From assembly GCA_030770535.1 (NCBI GenBank), contig JASVEC010000101.1, positions 1 to 58,032 of the forward strand: 58,032 nucleotides of DNA, in the 5' to 3' direction. The first letter of the stretch is position 1. Every line of letters begins with the position of its first letter. Below the pieces are notes generated by a model. The model searched no databases. It saw only the letters and a list, made by a program, of their open reading frames with translations, and was not told where the DNA came from. This stretch comes from Batkoa obscura. Lineage: Eukaryota. Below, one piece after another: positions 49,338 through 58,032 of the stretch. A program made the translations under genes and the position numbers.

Positions 49338-50048
49338 TTAAGCCTTTGGTTTTTCTGGAGCAACTGGAGCATCAGCACGAGCTTTTGGCTTTTCTGGAGC
49401 AACTGGAGCATCAGCACGTCTAGCTTTTGGTTTTTCTGGAGCAGCTGGAGCATCAGCACGTCTAGCTTTTGGTTTTTCTGGAGCAACTGGAGCATCAGCA
49501 CGAGCTTTTGGCTTTTCTGGAGCAACTGGAGCATCAGCACGTCTAGCTTTTGGTTTTTCTGGAGCAGCTGGAGCATCAGCACGTCTAGCTTTTGGTTTTT
49601 CTGGAGTAACTGGAGCATCAGCACGAGCTTTTGGCTTTTCTGGAGCAACTGGAGCATCAGCACGTCTAGCTTTTGGCTTCTCTGGAGCAGCTGGAGCATC
49701 AGCACGAGCTTTTGGTTTCTCTGGAAGATCAGCACGTCTAGCTTTTGGTTTTTCTGAAGCAGCTGGGATATCAGCCTTTGGCTTTTCTGCTGTAGCAGGA
49801 GCATTAACAAGTGCCACTGGCGAGGCATTATTTGCGGCAGGAGCTGCTACAGCTAACCCATTTGTGGCATCTGAACTTTTAAGTGGGTTCACATCTGCTG
49901 CTGCAGCAGGTAATAAACTACTAGCTCCAGTATTAGCAATTACGACAGGTGGGACAACATCAGCATTTCCAACTGGAGCAGAATTTGCTGAGTCTAAAGT
50001 AACTGCAGCAAGAACAATAGAAAGTAAAGTTGAAGTGAAAAGTTTCAT
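49338..50048 (-). CDS. Secreted repeat protein, KEX2-processed repeat protein (KEP)-like precursor
   Basis: Signal peptide MKLFTSTLLSIVLAAVTLDSANS-AP, Ala-rich pro-region, then 12 EKPKA-ending units, six of them preceded by RR. Confidence 0.85.
   Translation of the reverse strand: MKLFTSTLLSIVLAAVTLDSANSAPVGNADVVPPVVIANTGASSLLPAAAADVNPLKSSDATNGLAVAAPAANNASPVALVNAPATAEKPKADIPAASEKPKARRADLPEKPKARADAPAAPEKPKARRADAPVAPEKPKARADAPVTPEKPKARRADAPAAPEKPKARRADAPVAPEKPKARADAPVAPEKPKARRADAPAAPEKPKARRADAPVAPEKPKARADAPVAPEKPKA
49341..49790 (-). repeat. Coding tandem repeat, 39/42-bp units in a 123-bp higher-order array
   Basis: Units R(R)ADAP[V/A][A/T]PEKPKA; the triplet RR-AA, RR-VA, R-VA recurs. Confidence 0.95.
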
Positions 50049-51543
50049 ATTTATATAGTATTTGTAGCTCGAATTGAAGTACACGATTTATAGATTTCCA
50101 AGTTTTTATAATTATTATGAGTGTATTTTCGTTTGCTTTTATACTTCATTTACCTTTTGTTTACTTTGCTATATCTTGTCATAAAGATGCTAACATATTT
50201 AATTATATTATCATACCAGCAGATCATTTTAGTATTTTGCTATAGTACTTTCAATTGTGATTTCATAAAATATAAATTGAGAAGTTAAATTATTATTGAT
50301 TTCATAGAAGACATTTAAGTATTTTATTAATGTGTATACTTGCATCGAATTTTAGGCCTCAAGAAAAGGAACTAATAAATCCACACCAAAATTAAATCAA
50401 CTTGATGTTATATGTTGTTTGTTGAAACGATCATTAAAGATGAGTTTCTTACGTAAGGATTTTCGGTAGTAAAAAAATTCCCAATGATACTATTTAAGTT
50501 AAAATTGTCAATTAAAATTCATTATTTCATAATAGTCATTTTAATTACACTAAATTTGGAAATGGCGTTAATCGAATATTTTGTTAAATATTGAAATAAT
50601 TCTTTACAATTTTCCTATTAGTAGTGATAAAGTTAAAAGCTTTAAGATGATATAATTTTCATAAAACGTTAAATATATGATCTCAACATTTAAATATACC
50701 CATTATAGTATACTATTTTATACTCGAAGTAAGCTACTTTAGATTATATTTTTGTTAAATTGTGAGCAGTTATGTTTTAGCCTGAGATTTTTTAGATAAT
50801 TTTAAATGTTGATTTGTTTTAGATTACTTTAAAATTTAATTAAATCCTAACTACCTCCTTTTTACATTTAAACTCTTTATATGGTAATATTTCATATTAT
50901 AACTATTGAACTAAAGCTAAATACATTATATCATTGATTATTTAATGATCGTATAAGCTTCTAAACCATCTCATCTGTTTTTATCTTAGGAGTCATATGT
51001 TGAAATTTCTTTATATTATAGATTTAACTGCATACTTTTTTAGTCAACTTTTTACTATGAAAATTTATTGGGAAAAATTAATATAAGGAGCATTCTTGAA
51101 GTAATCTCTCTTTTTTAATGGGACATTAGAGGTAAAAATAACAGATTGAAACCATAAAATAGTTATGGAAAATCAAGCTTAATTTGTAGGAATAAATCTA
51201 TTCAAAAAAATATTAATTAGACTAAGAAGCAACCGAAGCTGCAGCAGTTCCTTTTCCAATCTCTTGACTGTGTTGACTCGAAGTAAACTCTACTGAAATT
51301 TATTAAAATACCTTAATTATGCTTATGAAAAATCGACTAGTAAATAATTTGCTTAGAAAATTATCACTAAAAAAGTTGCAAAAAGCTGCGAAATCATATA
51401 CTTTAAACGATAATACTAGTAGGCAATTTCACCTTTGCATAATTGATTGGTCACTGCCTTGGGCACATCTTAAAAAAAATATTAGCATTGTAAGTAATTT
51501 GTTACTCAATATAGCGTAAGGGAAAAAGATCTATAAAAAAAAG

Positions 51544-51649
51544 ATATGGGGATGTATTTTTATGTTTAAGAATTTTACTAGCAATTTTTCCGCTTAAATA
51601 GCGCTTAAAAATGGAAAAAATAATGAAGTCAAAAAAAACACTCCCATAT
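51544..51649 (-). mobile_element. MITE-A copy
   Basis: ATATGGGGATGTATTTTT...AAAAAAACACTCCCATAT; nearly identical to the 26299 copy. Confidence 0.92.
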
Positions 51650-52864
51650 ATAAAAACATGTATCTTGAAAAAGTCAAAAATAAAATGAAAAGACGAAATG
51701 GGAATACTTTTGCCAATCGTCCTTTTTGTTATATTAAATTCAAAAATTAACTAACCAGTACACTGTTTAATCTTGAATGTGTGCTAGCTAACCGTTCATT
51801 TTATAATAAACTTTAAATCAGTATACCTCAAATTAATATGATTGAAGAAAGAGTTGGGTATAGAATCGATTGTTTTCTAGTACATATTTGAGCTCAAACA
51901 GCCTCATTAGTTTATTAATTTTTAACTTCTAAAAAATGGCAAAGGGTAATAGGTATTTTATCTCTCTTTTAAATATAATTTCTTGCAATTACTCCATTGA
52001 TAATGTTTGTGTTCACCCTATTCTGCGCTTCTAAAGGTCACACTTAAATTGTTCAAAGAGTTATGCTTACTATCTTTTAATGTACTTAACCCATATATAT
52101 TCACTGGCATTTAGATAATAACTTTCAGTCCCCTGTTTTTTTCCTCGCATTTCCTTTTTACATAAACACTCACTACTGGCTTTTTTGAAAAAAACGACAG
52201 TCTAACAATACTTTATAACATATCAATAAATGCTAATACACTTAATAGATATGTTATTAGTTAATATGCTATAATAAGGCAGTATATCTAATGTTAATCA
52301 TGTGTTGGAATTTCGTATCATTTTAACATTCAAAGGCTGCGTTTAAAGATACACTATAGAATAGGTACTTGTTATCCTTGCTATTTAGAAAATTTTATGG
52401 TTAAAATACAGGATTATAAAAATAAATAAATTTATCCAAGTTTTTGTTATCATTAGTTAAATAGGGATAAGTAATACTTTAAACTAAGTGTAATGGTTTC
52501 ATAATAGTAAAAATGTGAATGAATTAAGGTTGTGTATAAGTATTAGTGTTATTAAAATATTTTTATTGTTTATATTATATAAGTAAAGTGAACAAATATT
52601 AATTTTCCTTGATAAATAACATGTTTAAACTAGAAGCTCTTATTTGTTCTCATCGGATTTATTTTCTCCAGCCTTTTTGCATGAGAAAATAAAACAAGTT
52701 TATTTTATAATATTTAATTTGTTGTCATTAAATACCACAAACCAATTAAATAATGTATATACCCCACTTAATTATATAGATATAATTGAATTATATTGTA
52801 ATAAAACAGTATAAATATACAATTGTTTTTCTTTTAGTGTAACCTCCTTTTTATATTATAAAAA

Positions 52865-54331
52865 ATGTTTCATCAATTTTTTTACGATATTTCAACAAGT
52901 TTGAGCTTGCCTATAGATCAACTAAAATATATAGCAGCTATTTTGTTAACGTATCCTGTAGCTTTATTTTATGCTAAATTTATATCAACATCTTCAACAT
53001 TTGGTAAAAATTTATATTCAATAGTTACTACACTATTTTTATTCGTATGTATACACGATCAATTGATTGGATTATATCACTTATTATTATCTTGTGTTGT
53101 TACATATACATTATTATCCACCTTTAAAGGTGAATTAGGTGCCAAACTAGTGTTTTTATGGGCCATGATACATATGTCTTATACCCATATTCTTAGACAA
53201 TACTATGATTACGGTTTAGCTAAAATGGATTATTCCGGACCACAAATGATATGGACAATTAAATTAACTATGTTTGCATTCAATGTTTATGATGGACAAA
53301 GAGATTTAAAGCAACTTAGTGGATATCAAATAGAAAGAAGAATTCAACGATTACCCAGTTTTATAGACTTTTTAGGCTATGTTTTTTATTTTGGAGGTTT
53401 TTTTGTTGGGCCAGCTTTCGATTACTTTGATTATCAACAATTTTTAAGAGCGGAGTATTTTAATAAAGTTAATAATAATAGCTCTTTATTCCCTCCAACT
53501 ATTTTAAGGGCCGTCAAATGCTTTGTTGTTGGAATAATATGTGCAACTGTTCCCATCTTCGTTGCTCCTTATTTAAACGTAAAGACGCTATTGACTCCAG
53601 AGTATTTGAGTAAGCCTTTTGTTGTTAGAGTAGGATATGTAACTTTGGTTCCATTATTGGAAAGATTTAAATATTACTTTGTATGGTCATTGGCCGAAGG
53701 CGCATTTATATTAAGTGGGTTCGGGTACAATGGCTCAAACAGTAAAGGAATCTCAAATGTAGATATTGCTAAAGTAGAAGTACCAGATAATTTAAAGATG
53801 GTACTTGAAAATTGGAATATGGCAACTAACTTATGGTTAAGAAATTATATTTATTTAAGATTAACTCCAATCGGGTCAAAGCCTAGTTTTTTTGCACAAC
53901 TTTCTACCTTCTTTACTTCTGCTTTATGGCATGGATTTTATCCCGGTTATTATTTAACTTTTATATTTGGTGGGTTTATCAATGAGTTAGCACGTAAGTT
54001 GCGCCGTACTATTCGTCCTGTAGTTTTATCTCATGATTCAAAGCTCATCAAAGCACTTTATGATATAGTTGGTACCTTATCAACATGCTTTGCCTTAAAT
54101 TATCTTACAATTCCTTTCCTCTCATTAACTTTCACTGATTCTTATATTATTTTGAAATCTGTCTATTTCTACATTCATATTATTGTATTTGTATCTTTAT
54201 TTATATTTAGATTCATACCTAATAAGGTTAAAGTTGCTAAAGTACCACCTACTTCAATAAATCCTATTTCTAGTGATGCTCCCAAACCTGAAGAAATTAG
54301 TTTTGGTAAAGACGTGAAAAAAATGAATTGA
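52865..54331 (+). CDS. ALE1: MBOAT lysophospholipid acyltransferase (Ale1/LPCAT-like), intronless
   Basis: DYSGPQMIWTIKL, GPAFDY, KYYFVWSLAEGA, WNMATNLWLRNYIYLR and SALWHGFYPGYYLTF. Confidence 0.95.
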   Translation: MFHQFFYDISTSLSLPIDQLKYIAAILLTYPVALFYAKFISTSSTFGKNLYSIVTTLFLFVCIHDQLIGLYHLLLSCVVTYTLLSTFKGELGAKLVFLWAMIHMSYTHILRQYYDYGLAKMDYSGPQMIWTIKLTMFAFNVYDGQRDLKQLSGYQIERRIQRLPSFIDFLGYVFYFGGFFVGPAFDYFDYQQFLRAEYFNKVNNNSSLFPPTILRAVKCFVVGIICATVPIFVAPYLNVKTLLTPEYLSKPFVVRVGYVTLVPLLERFKYYFVWSLAEGAFILSGFGYNGSNSKGISNVDIAKVEVPDNLKMVLENWNMATNLWLRNYIYLRLTPIGSKPSFFAQLSTFFTSALWHGFYPGYYLTFIFGGFINELARKLRRTIRPVVLSHDSKLIKALYDIVGTLSTCFALNYLTIPFLSLTFTDSYIILKSVYFYIHIIVFVSLFIFRFIPNKVKVAKVPPTSINPISSDAPKPEEISFGKDVKKMN

Positions 54332-54719
54332 CATTAACTTTACATATACAAAAGCTATAATAAATCTATAAACATATCTAAGTATCATCTTGTTATCTCA
54401 TTTAATCCCATTATTTTTACTTCATTATTTAATCCTATTATTTGTTTTGTGTTTATATTAAAAATTAATATAAATTTACATATAATGTTAATCTGACAAA
54501 AGTGACGAATATAATTAGCTAGTTAGAAACAAGACTGACAAAAGTTTCAAAGCCTTAACCCTTAAAATTATCCTTAGACAAATGAGGTTATATTCAATCA
54601 ATTAAATTCATTTTATAGATGAGATTTGGATTGATTGATTGTATAATTATTTAATCTAAAAATCAAAAAGTATAAAATCAAAACCAACATTCAATATAAA
54701 CATTTATTTCTTTATAACA

Positions 54720-55774
54720 ATGATAACTAAAATGGAAAAAAATATTTGTATAGGTACTCGTAAATCTCAGTTGGCTTTAGTGCAAGCTGAGTTTGTTAAG
54801 GGCGAATTACATACCCTTTACCCCAACCTAAACTTATCACTTGAAAAGATAAGCACAATTGGTGATAAAATTTTAGATAAAGCTCTATCAAAGATTGGAG
54901 AAAAGAGTTTATTTACCAAAGAGCTTGAAGTGGCCTTAAAGGATGGTACCGTAGATTTAGTGGTCCATTCCTTAAAAGATTTACCCACTACTTTACCACC
55001 TGGTATGGCTTTAGGAGCAGTTATGGAAAGAGAGGATCCTCATGACGCTGTGGTCATGAGTTTAAAAAATAAAGGATTGACTATAGATAAGTTACCTAAA
55101 GGTTCAGTGATTGGAACTTCATCCGTTAGACGTATTTCTCAATTAAGACGAAATTTCCCAAACCTTGAATTTCAGGATGTGGTAATAATCTTTATTTGTT
55201 TGCTTGTATTATTTTTATTAAGATATACCATAATGATTAGAGAGGTAATTTGAACACTCGTATTAGTAAGTTAGATGATGAAAATGGTCCTTATGATGCT
55301 TTGATATTAGCCGTTGCTGGCTTGAAGAGACTAGGTTGGGAATCACGTATATCTCAAGTATTAGCACCCGATTTATCCCTTCATGCTGTTGGTCAAGGAG
55401 CCTTAGGCATAGAATGCAGAATGGATGATGAACATACTCTTGAACTCTTGAGCAAATTGGATCACAGAGATACTAGGCTTCGTTGCACTGCAGAAAGAGC
55501 AATGATGCGTAAACTTGAAGGAGGTTGTAGTGTTCCAATTGGTGTAGCTACTACCTTTAAAGATAATAAGCTATCTTTAAGGGGTATGGTTGCTAGTATA
55601 GATGGTAAAAAGTTTATTGAATATACACATGAGCAAGATGTTTCTAATGGAGTTGACGAGGCAGAAAAAGTTGGTGAAAAAGTCGCGGATGAATTACTTA
55701 AGTTAGGCGCTAGAGAAATATTGGATTCTATAAGACATAATGAGAACGTTACTGAGCTTCCTTTTGGTAAATAA
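54720..55774 (+). CDS. HEM3: Porphobilinogen deaminase (hydroxymethylbilane synthase), 2 exons
   Basis: [50 protein letters not shown] and [10 protein letters not shown]. Confidence 0.98.
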
Positions 55775-56384
55775 GAAATTTATACTTAAGTTATTCCCAT
55801 AAGTTTATTGTCATAGAATAAATTTATTTTTAATATTACTTGGGTAATTTTTAATAACATTGCGCTACTATAATATGAAATTCAAAGAATATAATTAAAA
55901 GTCTACAATAATAAGTCAGTTTGCTATTAAAGATAAATTTAGGCTAAACAATATGGATACTTTAGTCAACAATAGATTCTTTAATAATCTTTTACTAATA
56001 TAAGTCAAATTTAGATATCTCATTAATCAATTGATTAGCTTCAAGAGGCATATTCAAAACAATCTGTATTATTATTATTTAAAAGTAATCCTTTTTTGAC
56101 TTAACAATAGATATGTTGAGTTAAGGTAGGAATAGTGTATTATATCATCAGATCCAACTTTTAATAACTTACTTTATCCATTTGTTAAGCTAGATTGTAT
56201 ATATAAAGGCTCAAATCAATCCATAAATAGTGTCTGAGTTATCGAAAGAAATAGACATTTATATAGCATAATACTATATTCTAAAAAACCAATTATTTTC
56301 ATATTTAAACTGAACCTTATTAATAAAAAATTCTCTCATGTAAACTTTAATGATTTATAACTATTTATTTCACTAGTCTAATAT

Positions 56385-56839
56385 TTATTTAGAATATTTA
56401 GATGGAGGTTTCCAGTCAGGATCCTATTTGAGAATATTAATTGAATAATAAAAATAACGATAAAACTTACATTGAATTGGGAAGCCCATAACATGGAAGG
56501 GATCCATCTCTTTGGTGGGTAATGTCTCCACTAAAAATACTAGTTTAATTAATTCTGTTAACCCAATAAATTAGCTTACTTCTCTAGAAGCAGAAAAATT
56601 CCAAACTACGCCGATAAAAGCAGTCATACCAGCCATCACAATGGCAGTATTACGACGCCACTGTTTGGGGTGTGCCCACCAACCACCAGCCGGAGACCTG
56701 AATTGTCGATTAATTCTAAATCTTTAGTAAACTAAGATTATTCCTTACCATACATGTTTAGGATATTCGTAACGTTTTACAGCACCCTATATTGGTGTTT
56801 AATCATTGTTTTTTAGTTGATTAATCTATTTATTACCAT
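56385..56839 (-). CDS. Small complex I accessory subunit, NUUM-like, 5 exons; absent from the ORF track
   Basis: ATG|GAVKRYEYPKHVW|SPAGGWWAHPKQWRRNTAIVMAG...WNFSASRE|WRHYPPKRWIPSMLW...; the YPKHVWSPAGGW motif is a conserved fungal family; the NUUM assignment is from memory. Confidence 0.8.
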
Positions 56840-58032
56840 TTTTTAAATGAAAAAATATATTATTTAATTAGCATTATCTGTTTCTTTCAATCTCAATCTG
56901 ATCTCTGATAGATGGGATTTTATTGGCCAGTTCGAATTTAAGCAAAAGTTTTAGTATTAGTTTTATTGGGACATAGTAATTATTTGCAAAATAAAGAATG
57001 TTTAATATTTATGCATGAAACCATAATATTATAAAAATAAACAACTATAATATACAATTATTTCAAGGTGGGATATTTATCAATACATGTTGAAACATCT
57101 GCTTAGAATTAAAAAATAACTACAAGGTGCATTGCAGATGATGCTTAAAATTATAAAAAATAAAAAATATTAAAATATCTATCCTTATAAAAACAAACAT
57201 TTATTTATTTTAATACAAACAATAAAATAAAAAACATTAGTTTTATAAAACTTTATCATCTAGAGGTACTATATTTTGTTTAAATGAAAACTATTTATAA
57301 AAAAAGCCTTGTATTTTATAAGAACAATAATAAATTATTGATTTCTAAGATTATTTGTAATCATCATTGTAAATTTATATATGCATCTATTTCAACATAT
57401 ATTATTCCAGAATCCTTTTACACTCTTTACAAAATTTTAAATGTATCGGTATATGGCTAAATAATGATAATGACAAAAACAGTAATAACAATGTCAGCCC
57501 TGACTATTATTATTATTGCCATATTATTATTGTTGTTTTATTTATTTATTATCATTTCATATACAATACAAAATCAACATGTTTATTTTTTATCTATTAT
57601 TCATTTCTTTATCTATGATAGTATATATCATAAAAATAATCAGAATAAGGCTAAAATAACAATTATAATACAATTATTATTTATTATATTATTACATATC
57701 TCACTTAATGTACTTTCTTTTAATTAGATACTCAACTGCAATTTAACTATTAATAAAATTAACTTATTGGTTTAGTTTTATTCAAAATTGTAGTCACTTG
57801 ATTAGTAGTTTTCAAATCAAAAATCAAAAAATTGAAAAACTGAAATTAAGGATTATCTTATTAGTTAATATAGATTTAAAATAAAGCTTAAAAATTACTA
57901 TTTTATTATATAATATATTCTTTACTATTATTATCCTTTATATATGTATGAATTCACTGTATTTTATCTTATTATAACATGGTTATAATATTAATATTAA
58001 TATTATCATTAAAGTCCCGGACTTTTTAAAAT

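Noticed and set aside
49247..49828. 193-aa L/Q-rich repeat ORF
   Set aside because: Alternative frame of the tandem repeat in the secreted precursor; the other frame has the signal peptide and a paralog.
51221..51470. Two exon-like GC-richer patches on the minus strand with AG/GT borders
   Set aside because: No start exon or recognisable protein could be assembled; may be a gene relic but is unsupported.
57464..57727. 87-aa hydrophobic ORF
   Set aside because: I/L/F-rich translation of ATT-rich low-complexity DNA; no motif.

Overview
This window is the left end of a chromosome from a very AT-rich, compact eukaryote with short (about 40-60 nt) GT-AG introns. Gene content and style suggest an early-diverging fungus, possibly Entomophthoromycotina/Conidiobolus-like (inference only). 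About 1 kb of (CCCTAA)n telomere, with a proximal block of CCCTAT variants, is joined directly to a 426-bp TG...CA solo-LTR-like element. Gene-dense DNA follows almost at once. Recognisable genes: a TLC-domain protein, three PPR proteins, SDA1, CENP-T, SIKE-like, NMT1, GCAT, NUDT1, ERI1-like, RPL12, thiamine pyrophosphokinase, MOB4, RPS30, an F-box/LRR protein, an AA11-like LPMO, NDUFAF2-like, XRN2, tRNA-Leu(UAA), ALE1, HEM3 and a NUUM-like complex I subunit. A ~107-bp MITE occurs 13 times and a second ~300-bp TIR element once. Most notable: (1) an intronless DUF4269-like nucleotidyltransferase-fold gene, possibly horizontally acquired, tightly bracketed by two same-orientation MITEs; (2) a secreted repeat precursor with RR sites (KEP-like peptide system) plus a frameshifted paralog 23 kb away; (3) a telomere joined at an LTR edge whose TATA box points into the telomere; (4) a SERTA/IER-like helical motif in a fungal protein. 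All family assignments are from motif recognition by eye; no database searches were run.
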